Source of the DNA: Craspedostauros australis
Lineage: Eukaryota
Direction of reading: 5' to 3'
Assembly: GCA_030167865.1 (NCBI GenBank)
Contig: JALAGF010006241.1
Span: 1 to 57,032 of the forward strand
Length of the DNA stretch: 57,032 nt
Notes under the pieces: model-generated
Told to the model about the DNA's origin: nothing
The model's database searches: none
The model's input: the letters and a program-made list of their open reading frames with translations, nothing else
In this document: positions 1 to 10,358 of the stretch, piece by piece
Numbering within the stretch: position 1 is the first letter of the stretch
Layout: every line of letters begins with the position of its first letter
Position numbers and translations under genes: made by a program

Positions 1-1091
1 TGCTCTGCCTGGCATGTAGGTCCTGCCGGCAGGATGCTGCCATGTACATGATTGAATCAACGAATGCAAACATCAATGCTACAGGTGAAAATGGTTGGAC
101 TGCACTTCACTATGCATGCTCCGGAGAGAGTTTGGACATGGTGAAGGCCTTGCTGGAGTCGGGCAAGCTGGATATCAATCAATGCAGCCAAGGTCAAAGC
201 ACTCCACCACTCTATATTGCAATGAAGCGCAGGAAGACAGATGTCGTCAAGTATATCTTGGAATCAACCGATGTAGACTTCAACGTCCGAGATGACAGAG
301 GCGCATCCATGCTTCATATCGCATGTAAGGACAGAAGATTTGATATCGTCAAATGGTTGATTGAATCGTACAACGTTGATATCGAAGCAACAGACAATGG
401 AGGCGCCACTCCACTTCACACCGCATGTTGGCACGGCCGTGTCGAGATTGCGAAGTACTTGATGGAATCGTGCAACGCAAACACGGATGTCAAAGACAAC
501 TATGGGAGAACTTTACTCCATGCTGCGTGTTTCTCGGGATATGATCTCATGATGGAGTACATTTTGAACTCAATCAACGCAGACATCAACGCCCAAGATG
601 ACTTCAGTAGCACTCCACTACTTCACGCATGTTACTCTGGTTGTGCGGATGCTGTACAATACGTGTTGGAAGCAACGCAAGCAAATGTCAACGTGCAGAA
701 CAGCCGAGGTGACACTCCACTTCATTTTGTGGCTGGGTTCGCGGACAAATATTCCCCCGTGAAATTCTTGGTGGAATCAAGAAACGCAGACATTCATGCA
801 AGGAATCACAAGGGCGATACCCCACTTCACAAGGCATGTGACGGCAACAAATGGCGGGTTGTCAAATATATCTTGGAATCAACAGATGCAGATGTCAATT
901 GCCAGAACGACGCGGGCGAAACTCCGCTACATCTGGCCAGTCAAAAAGATCTCTTGAATACCGTCAAGCACTTGGTGGAAGTCTGCAATGCAGATGTAGA
1001 TATTCTGAACGACGCTGGTCACACTGCGATGACGTGCGCGGCTTCGTCAAGGTGGTGCCTAGCCTACAAGTACTTGAAGGAGCGTTCCTGA
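1..1091 (+). CDS. Ankyrin-repeat protein, 5'-truncated by the window edge
   Basis: About 10 tandem ankyrin repeats of 34-35 aa (GWTALHYAC, GATPLHTAC, GDTPLHKAC, GETPLHLAS...). The frame stays open upstream of the ATG at 42 and reads LCLACRSCRQDAA, itself ankyrin-like, so the true start lies before the window. Stop at 1091. Confidence 0.9.
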   Translation, partial: LCLACRSCRQDAAMYMIESTNANINATGENGWTALHYACSGESLDMVKALLESGKLDINQCSQGQSTPPLYIAMKRRKTDVVKYILESTDVDFNVRDDRGASMLHIACKDRRFDIVKWLIESYNVDIEATDNGGATPLHTACWHGRVEIAKYLMESCNANTDVKDNYGRTLLHAACFSGYDLMMEYILNSINADINAQDDFSSTPLLHACYSGCADAVQYVLEATQANVNVQNSRGDTPLHFVAGFADKYSPVKFLVESRNADIHARNHKGDTPLHKACDGNKWRVVKYILESTDADVNCQNDAGETPLHLASQKDLLNTVKHLVEVCNADVDILNDAGHTAMTCAASSRWCLAYKYLKERS

Positions 1092-1305
1092 TCATGGAGT
1101 GGTTCAGACCAACCTCCCAGCCACGAGCATCCGCCTGATTGTGATGAGGAAAATGGAGCACTACATCGTGCTCACATGTAATGAGGGAGGCAAAAGGATT
1201 GCTCCAGTTCAGTTTTAGTGCAATTGGAAAAAGAAAGATGGTGTTTCGTCTTGATAGTAGTATCGCTATGGTACCGTACATGTCCATGGGGAGTGTTCTC
1301 GTACT

Positions 1306-4300
1306 TCACACATTGTCCTGGCCACTGTTGACGTATCGGAAGGTGATGAGATATTCGGGGTAAGCCTGTGCGTCATGGTACGTCACGTAGATGCTTGGGT
1401 TGTCCATCGTGTCGCCAGCCGCAAGACCTACGGTGGAATCGTAGAGGATGTTCTTCTCGTGGTCGCGCACATCGGGCGTCAGCATGTCCAGCCGTCCTGG
1501 ACAGTACTCTCCCACCATCACCCTGCATGCAATCATATAACGTCGGCCGGCGGAGTCAGCAACGGCATAGGCCTGATGCGCACTATAGGCTGCGTCTCTA
1601 GCGAAGTAAACGCCCTTGCCGTACATGGTGGCATTCTTGCCACAGAAGGAACGGTTGAAGCCTTGCTGCAGAATCTTTTCGATGGACTCCACATTCGTCG
1701 AGTGCCAGAGCCAGCATCGTTCGAATCGATCGACGGCGTTGCGCATGAGCCGGTCGGGGTTGGATTGCTCCATCACCTCGCTGTCCTGGATCTCTCGATG
1801 GCACATGGTTTGGCGCTTCACGACGTAGGATTGCCACATGGCAAGATTCTGAATGCGTTCCACGCCAAGAATTTCGACAGGATGACGGAAATTCTGCGAG
1901 TGCAACGACTCGAAGAAGGCCTTGCCCACCTTCTGGCCTTCGGGTTCGTTGGGTCCCAGCTCGTACCGTTCTGCGCTGCTTCGGTTGTTGATCCTGTCCC
2001 AGTACTTGGGCGGGGCCAGCACATCGGAGTCTCCGACGTTGGACTGCAGAGCCTTCAGGTCCTCGGATGTGGGAACGCGCGTCGTCTCTTGGATTGGGAA
2101 CCAACCAGTGTCCGTGTAGATGCTGCTTTCCTCTCCCGTGCCTCGGATCGCCATGTGCAACAGGCTGCGCGCTAGCATGTCGTCGGCGTGATGCAATTTC
2201 GTTCCGAAGGCCCACTCGCCGCCGCTGTGCGTTTTCGATATTTGGATGATATCACCACCGACGACAATCATCTGCGGCTCGTCCTTGATGTCGTCAGGTA
2301 TCGTGCCGTCGCCGATCAGAACATCGGACAGGTCGACGTCCTCCATCTGCGGTTGGACGTCGATGACTTCGATCTGCCGTGAAACATTGCGCTTGTAGTT
2401 CGTCTTGGCGTTCAGCTGGGTCATTTGCTCAAAGTCCACGTCGTAGCCTGGCAGAGGGCTGCACGATGTCAGTCCCTCCTGGTAGCACTTCTCCAGCTCC
2501 ATGTTGCTCAGCTCGCCATACTTGATCCAGCAGTCATCGATGTCACCGTAGATATCCTTGGTGTTGTGCTGCTCCATGCAGGCCCTGTTCTCCTCCCAGC
2601 ACCAAATGGCCTTCTCAATTCTGCCTGGCCTGTCGGCTGGGTCATCCTCCGTTGCGCTGCTTTGCTTTGGCATGTAGGCCCGGATGACGGCGCGCATACC
2701 AACGACGGAGTCTTGGAACTTCTTCACCTCGGCGTCGAGATGGTTGATGCGCTTCTTCAATGCTCGTGATTTCTTCTTCTTTTGATGCCGGTACACAAAG
2801 AACAGCGCGATGATGATACAGGCGACCGGGACGACGATGCCAACGATCAATGCGACGTTGATCTCGCGCCGATCGATGACCGGTGGTGAACCTTCGCACG
2901 GACAACCGCACGGGATGTTCCCCTGACAGATGCAGAAGGATCGGTCCTCTCCCACGCACGTACCAACGCCGTACGCCTCGCAATGCTGCATACCTTCCAC
3001 TGTGGGGCATTCCGCAACTAGGAGCACGTCAAAGTCCAATCCCTTGTACGTCATGTTGCCATCGTTGCGATCTGTGATAAGGGACATCTTCAGTTCCGGC
3101 AGTTCCTCTCGTATGCCCTCAAAGTCGAGCTCGATGATATCCTTGACGGCGCAGGAGCTGTTTGTGCACTTGCCGGTCTGCCAAGACGATGAGCACGCCT
3201 CGTCGTTGGTGCATGCCTCGAGGAAGAATTCTTGCTGCATGGATGTCGAATGGATGGAGAGCGTGTCGCCAGTATCGCTGGACGCATGCGCTTCGAGATC
3301 GAGCGGGGAGTTGAAGATGAGGCGGACGGCGACCGTGTCGGCTGGAATGGTCTTGTCCTCCAACGTCCACCTGCAACCTCCAGTAGACGACCAAGGCATC
3401 GCGCGGACGCGTCCGTACGATTTGGACTGGCTCAGCACGCGGCCGACGGTGTATTCGGGCGTCATGAGCGTCGTCGCAGGTGCCAAGGGGCTTGTGAATG
3501 CGCAATGCGGAATCTCGCAATTCTGACCCATCGACCCAAGCTCGGGACACGGCGCATCCTTGATGTCGATGTTTTGCATCTGCACGGTGGCAATGAAACC
3601 CCGTCGGCGACCTCGTGCATCGGTCATCAGACGCATGCTCGCGACGCCGTTGTCGGTTGGCAGGTAGTACGTCTCGGACTTGCTGATCTCCTTGTGGGTT
3701 CCGGTCAGCACCATGTAGGGTTCCGTGGAAGTCTCCGGACTGCCGGTCTGCAGCCAGATCAAGTCGTGCGTCGGTTCCAAATCGTACATGATGCTGACGC
3801 GGATGGTGCTGGGCTCCTGCGCGATGAGCATGAAGGTGCAATCGAGGTCGTTGGGGTAAGCGATGGCGGGATCGACGGGCGCGGCCGACAGGATGGTTCC
3901 ATTGCGCAGCGCCACGGGGTCCACCATATCGGAGCTCCGCAGCGTGTAGGGCGTGTTGGGCTCGCTGAATCGGATCATGTTCATGCCGAGGCACGTCTTG
4001 GTTTCGGAACAATCGGCACCCCAACCCAAGCCGCCGCATTCGCATTTGCTGTCGAAACAGCGGTGCTGGTTGCAGTCTGCGGAATTGGAACAGCCGATCG
4101 CGTCCCGGTCGTACGAGGCGAGGAAGCCGTCGCCGACCCTGCCGCTGTAGACTCGGTCCTGGTTGCTGTCGGTATCGAAATGGACGGAGATGCATCGGTG
4201 GCCGCGGAATTTGGGAAGCGTCAATGCGCCGTCGTCGTAGACGCCGGACAGCTGGCCGAGAAGGACGCCGCGCTGTCCCGACCTGCAGGAGTCGAGATCG

Positions 4301-6307
4301 GGGTGCTCGTAGATCCGCACGAAGTCGCCGGACCAAACGCGGAACGTGTCGAAGCTGATCTCGACCAACCCTTTGCAGGTGCCGTTGGACCGACGCGCCG
4401 CCCAGTCGTCCTGGCATGCGGCGCTGACCACGACCCATCTGCAATGCAGATCGTCGGAGTAGCTCTTGTGATCTTCGCCGTTGGCTCCGTCACCGAACGT
4501 GCCGACCATATCCGCCAGGACGGTCATGTTGAGGCAGGTGGAATTGCCGATGGAGGACTTGCCGGCCGGTGCCCGGCCAATCTCGTCCGTGGCGAATAAG
4601 CCTCGGCCTGTCTGGTTATCCATCCTCTCGAGCGCCGCGATGAGATGATCCGGGCCGTCGAGTTCCATCCGCACGGGCGGCGTTACGTTGGCGTAGCTCC
4701 CAACAGGCAGGCAAGCGTCGCACGGTTGAATCGCAGCGTACAGGAGGGAACCATCGAAGATGTCGCCACCGCACACGGACGCCGCGTCTCTGCACGTGCC
4801 GGACTCGTCCTGCAGCAGATCCAACGGTCCCAGCTGGGCCAAGATCTTCTGATCGACCAGGAACTCCGCCGTCTGCCTCGTCGCGATGTGCTGCAGCGAG
4901 GGCGCGGTGCAGTTGCCAGGTCGCGGTCCGAGGTAGTCGCAGGAGACCTGCTGCTGTGCCGTTTGCTGCACGAAGAGTCCCAAGTTGGTGCGCTGCGCGA
5001 ACTTCTCCTCGCTGCTGGGCTGGCCGGCGATGGATCCGCTCTTCATGAGCGTGTCGACCATGGATGAGATGAAGGAGCGCGGCGTCGTTTCGGATGCCTC
5101 CCACCTGTGGCTGTTGGCCTCGTCTACCTCGCCCAGCTCGTCCAGGAAGGAGTCGTTGAGCTTGGACAGCATGCCGACGAAGTGCTTGAGGAAGACGGGG
5201 TGGTTGCGTTCGAAGGTTCTCGTGGCTACGATGACCACGAAGGTGGGTCGGCCCCAGTCGGACAGAACGCGCGCCGACATGAGCGGCCTGGCTGCCTGCA
5301 TGCCTTCCTTCCCGCTGAGGATGAACTCCTTGGCGGATCCCCAGATGCCCGCCGCATCGATGAAGGGCAGTTCCGTGGTGTCGTTCCTCCAGGCTGTCTG
5401 GATGGCGGACGGTGACATGTTGATGACGTTGACGCCCTCCAATCCGAAGAGCTCTATGAGGAAGAGGATCTGGTAGTGCATCGTGGAACCGAATGGCACC
5501 GCCACCGTGCTGCCCTTGAGGTCGAATGGTGTTTCGACGCCCTTGTATCCGGACTGCGGATGGTCCGGGCGGACGTAGATGCCCTGGGCATCACCCTGGT
5601 ACTGCGAGATGTAGACGACCTTGGCATCCACACCACGTGCCGCAGCTGTTGCGAGGTAGGATTGGCGCAGAGCAATTTTGATTTGGAAGTGCATTGGATT
5701 GGGTGGTGGAGTAGATTGGAATGGATTAGGGCAGCGAAACGAGATGAAGCGTAGAACACGTTGGGAGGAAGTGCGTTGGTGAGACTCTGTGTTGCTGTTT
5801 CGGTAGACCCTCCAATGGTGTGCAAGTATGTGCATCTATGGAGAACGATATGCAATGGCAAAGCTTGGACAACACTCAACCCAGTGCAACCCAGTGCAAC
5901 CCAGTCCAACCCAGCCCAATGCTGCTCTGCATGTTGTCAATGTCGAGTGGCACAACTTGCAATCACAACGAATAGAACTGAACTGAATGGAATGGAATAG
6001 AAGAGTCGCATCGACACGCACCTTGCGCCCACGGCGTGGACCCCAAATTGGCAAGATCGAGCTGCAGATTGTCCAACCTCGATGATGCAAAGTTGCCGGA
6101 CGACTGCGGGTAGCATTCCACCTGGTACAGCACGTCCTCTTCCGGAATGTGCAGATCGAACCAGCCGCGAGCACATGCCACATGCGGCGGCCGGGCCTCT
6201 GTGAAGTACCCATACCGCACTCTGTGTATCGTCAGCGCTCGTGTGAGATGGATAATCTGGAAGAGGGCCGAAAAGGCCGTCAGCGTGGTGAGCGATGTGC
6301 GCATCAT
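1306..6307 (-). CDS. Receptor-like single-pass membrane protein: signal peptide, TauA-like solute-binding domain, CUB/EGF modules, TM, WWE, SH3-like and PARP catalytic domain (about 1541 aa; exons 6307-6022 and 5645-1306)
   Basis: Exon 1 encodes the signal-like MMRTSLTTLTAFSALFQIIHLTRA, then ...SSGNFASSRLDNLQLDLANLGSTPWAQ. A GTGCGT...AACAG phase-1 intron joins it in frame to AAARGVDAK...DLKGSTVAVPFGSTMHY (TauA/SsuA-type). CUB motifs: YSDDLHCRW, YPNDLDCTF, DLEPTHDLIW, GFLASY, GFIATV. TM: VALIVGIVVPVACIIIALFFVY followed by RHQKKKK. WWE: WCWEEN...WIKY...YDVDFEQMTQLNAKTNYKRNVSR. PARP: WHST...GFNRSFCGKNATMYGKGVYFA...SIYVTYHDAQAYPEYLITF. Confidence 0.88.
5646..6021 (-). other. Spliceosomal intron (376 bp) of the receptor-like PARP gene
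   Basis: Donor CAAG|GTGCGT and acceptor GCAACAG|CTGCG on the minus strand. Splicing restores the frame and gives a continuous TauA-like alignment (LGSTPWAQ-AAARGVDAK). The intron contains simple repeats. Confidence 0.8.
5877..5920. repeat. Degenerate 10-bp tandem repeat (CAACCCAGTG) x4 inside an intron
   Basis: caacccagtg caacccagtg caacccagtc caacccagcc is read directly. Confidence 0.8.
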
Positions 6308-6900
6308 TGTGGAGTGCGTTGTGCAGTGCGTTGTGGAGTGTGGCTGTTGCGGAACTGGCCGTCTCCGTTGTCTTTGATGTTGTCACTGCTGATAATCGCG
6401 CTGGGATGAACGCAATGATCGCTGAATGAATGATCTTGGATCAGCCTCTCTTGGTGGTAGCGACGGAGGAGCCGCGGATGAAAGAAATCACGCAGAGTGA
6501 TGAGAGTGATGAGAATGAGGAATGGAGATGAAAGTCTCTCTTCCTGCTTGCTCTCTTCTTCTACTCTTCTTCTGCGTCTCAACAGCGAGTGTCGAGAGGG
6601 TGTCGAGAGAGCGCCTCAATAGTCCTGAGACAGTGGTGACCCACAGAAATCACTCGGGACTTGGGCTCGAACTATCTCCTCTCTGGTGATTGACGTACAG
6701 TCTCTCGTCGTTTTCGTCCACCAGCAGAAGAGAGAGAGAGAGGCAGAGACAGAAAGACAGGAAGAGAATGCTGCGAATGCTGCGGAGTTGGCACAGAGAC
6801 CAGGCGACCCTTCCTCTCTCGGATGTTCTTCTCTGTCTGTCGCGTGTTTGATACAATGGCTGTCTTCAATGCTCCCTTCAATGCTCTCTTCTCTCTGCCC

Positions 6901-6945
6901 TGCGCTTTGTGCTTTGTGCTTGTGCTTTGTGCTTGTGCTTTGTGT
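6901..6945. repeat. Degenerate TGTGCTT(T) tandem repeat
   Basis: gctttgtgctttgtgcttgtgctttgtgcttgtgctttgtg in intergenic DNA. Confidence 0.7.
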
Positions 6946-7946
6946 TGTGGTGGGTGTGCTACGATCTACAATATGATCTATGAAACGCGAAGACGCAGTG
7001 CCGGCATAGAGCCTGTGGTTGTGTCGATTCTGGTTGCTTGTTTCCCTCTTGCTCTTTTGGTTGTTTCTTGTTCTTCTTGCTCTTGTTCTTGTCGCTGGTG
7101 CTCTTGGTACAGGCAGAATGCATCAACGCGCTCCGCCACGATGAGGCGAAGATCACGGTAGCGTCTTGTCAAACTCTCTGCTCCGTGTTGGTTGTGATGC
7201 ACACACACGACATGCAACGAAGGCGACGTGTTGCATGGTGTCACGTGCATTCGCTGTGTGCCACGCGCCAAAATGGTTGGGCCTCCGGCCTTGTATGCCA
7301 CCGCCTAATTGTTGGTCACCTCGATTTGTGCCTTGATACGCAGTTCATAAACAACTGAAGCAGCAGCCGGTGTCCGATGTGTCCTTTCCACGTCCTGAAT
7401 TCATGATCCAAAAATGGTTCTGCCGATGGAAGTGTCATGCGCATGATCAGTATTTAATCAAGCCACGTACTGTGCGACAGTCCTCTTCGTTCTGTCGGGA
7501 ATGAAGCCTGATTAAGTGTAGTTCGCCCAATCATAGCGTGTTAGCGGTACAAGTTTGTGCCCACACCACTCAAATACTCTTCCCAACAAGTAATCCAGCA
7601 TCTGCGCTGAAACATGTTCCTATTTTGCAACGAATCCCCACGAAAGCGCGATGACCACAAGACCTCCATCTCCTTGATCAATTCCCACAGTTGCGAGGAG
7701 AAGAACGAGATGGATGTTGCGCTCTTGGGGAGAGATGCTTCGGACGGTATGCTGTGTGCTATGTATTGTAGGTATTATACTCATTATAGTCTGGCTTGGA
7801 TAATAGAATAAGTCATTTTAGATTGATCTAAATTCGAGTGTAATAGGGTAGGTTTGATGGTGTTGGTGACCCGTATCGCAGTGTCCGTCTCTTACTCAAC
7901 ACTCGTCCCTCTAAAGATGTTGTGCAAGCAAACGCCGTTGCTCTCT

Positions 7947-10317
7947 CTAGTCAAGGAAGTTCTCGAGGTCGGCACCATCCTCGTTGTCGTCCTCCTCCAT
8001 CTGTGCGAATGTGAGGAAGTGCTGGGGGCGATGGCATTCGGCGTAGAAGTTCTCCGGGATGTCCACCTTCAGCCCGTAGTCCATGCGGACGTTGTGCTTC
8101 ACGCCCTGGAAGTTGTAGTTCCAACCCAGACCGTCGCGCGGCACCATGAAGAAACCACGGAAACGGTCGCTGAGGAGCATCTGCACCTTCTCGAAGCAGC
8201 TGGAGGAGTAGTCCTGGGCGTTGGCAACGCCGCCGGCAACGTTCTTGCTCTTCTCGCCCCATTGCATTCCGGCGTCTGTGACGCGGTACGCCGTGAGGGA
8301 GCACGAACCTTGCGTGAACGACGTCGTGATGATGATCTCGTTCTTGCCGTTCCAGGCGTTTGGATTGTCGCCCATGATGCTGGAGTGGGTAATGACGTCT
8401 GGAGCTGGCAGCACTTGCGTGCCATTCTGCACGATCTCGTTGGGCTGCGTGTGGATCCAACCCAGCGGCTCCAGATCCTTCAGCATCTCGTCATCCGGCA
8501 GCTTCTGCGGCATGGTCACGCTCTGGTGATTTCCGACCTGTGGCACCAACACGATGCACCGGATCTCGCGGACCTGGTCGTTGTCCTCTGGCGTCACACC
8601 GTACAGGTAACCCGCGATCTGGGTTCGCAGATCTGCGATGGTGATGAACTTCGACAGGATGTTCTTGGGCAGCACGTACGTGAGGCCGTCCTCCGAAATG
8701 TCCTCGGACGAGACGTAGATGTGCTTGGTACGGAGGTGCAGATTGGCGGCGCTGATGGCACGCACGCGCCAATCGGTCTTGCTCTGGAAGGTGGCGGCCT
8801 CGTACTGCGTGGTGGTCGTCACGACGATCTGCTCGCCGTGCACGTTTGTTGTCTTGGTCGTCGTGGCCGTCATCTGCGACTGCTCGCGAGTCTGGGCCTC
8901 GATCTCGGCGACCTGCTGGCGCTGCACGGATGGTGGCGCAATTTCCATGCCCAGAATGATGTCACGAATCTCACTCTGCGTCAAGCTGGAAACGTTCACG
9001 TTGTTCTTCTTTCCGTAGTCGGCCAGGATGAGGTCCTTGAGCGCAACCTCCACCTTCATCCACTGCTCGTCCGTCAGCGACGGCCACACGTGATGAGGTT
9101 CCGTCACGACGCTTCGGTCTGGACGCAGGATCTGCTTCACCTTATCGACATGGACGTGGAGTCCGCGCAGGATCAGGATCAGTCGGGAGAACGCGGTGTA
9201 CGACGAGATGGTCTTGAGCCAGTCATCGTAGATGTTGAATAGCACCATCTGCGGCTCGGTGGCACGCAGGATGAGGTCACCGAACTTCTCGACCTTGAGC
9301 GCGGCCTGGAACGGCAGCTGCAGCTCGGAACCCTTGAGGACGATGTTGGGGAAGTCAAGGGTATGCACTTCGAGCGGATCGAGCATGCCCTTGCGCGTCA
9401 CGATGATCTGCTTCGGCTGTTCTTCGATCGGCAACGAACGGATGAGGGCGGCAACTTCTTCTGCCGTCTTCCACTTGGCGAGCTGGGACAATCGCTTCTG
9501 TCCTGCCCACACGCTCGTGTGGATGATCTTGAGGAAGAGCTGTCCTGTTCGTGGGTTGAAGATGAAGATGGCTCCGTTGATCGGCTTGGTGGTCAGGTTA
9601 CCCTCGAAGGTCTTGTGAATGGTGACACGGTACACGTTCGTGTCATCCACGAACCAGATCACCTGGTTGCTGAACAGCTCACCGTAGTTCTGCGAACTGA
9701 GGTATGGCTCAGTTGGCTCACTGGAGTACAGCTGCAATCCCTTGCGGATGCGCTCGCGCAGCACGTACAAGGCTGGATTGGCCTTCATGATCTTGGCGAG
9801 AGCCTGCTGCATGAGCGGCTTGCCTCCTGGGATGTAGTTACCGAATCCGCTGTACAGCGAGTACGCAAGGTCGAACGCGATGAGACATCCTGTTGGCGAT
9901 GGGTAGATGCTCATGTTGTCCGTGGTGTAGTCGAGGTACTTGGCACGCGAGTAACGCTCGATGTCATGGGAGTCGAAGTCGCCCCATCGGAGCTGGATGT
10001 CCAGCCAGTACTTGTTGGAGGTGCTGCCATCGTAGTCGTCGCGGGTGTCGTGGAGCAGACTTGGCTTCGACACCGGCCACTTGTAGGCGGCGAACAGCAC
10101 CAAATCGGCACAGCTGCTGTTCATCTTGTACGACTTTCTTGGATGGATCGTCTCCTTCTGGACGGTCTCGATCTCGAGGGCATCCAATTCTTGATCGAAC
10201 ACCTGCACGATGTCCATCACCACACTCTCGTGGATCTTCTGCCACAAGTGAGCACGGAAGATCTGGATGAGAGAGATCTTCAGCGTGGGGATCTTACCGT
10301 GCATGAAGATACCGGTG

Positions 10318-10358
<41 letters not shown>

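Noticed and set aside
3119..4599. Overlapping 441-aa (-) and 455-aa (+) ORFs inside the receptor gene
   Set aside because: Arg-rich alternative-frame and antisense artefacts of GC-rich coding DNA.
5646..5835. ORF-track N-terminus of the PARP protein (MHILAHH...)
   Set aside because: This is intron read-through. The upstream exon gives the signal peptide and restores domain homology.
6308..7946. Short ORFs between the receptor gene and PRP8
   Set aside because: Low-complexity, microsatellite-derived translations with no coding-type codon bias or motifs.
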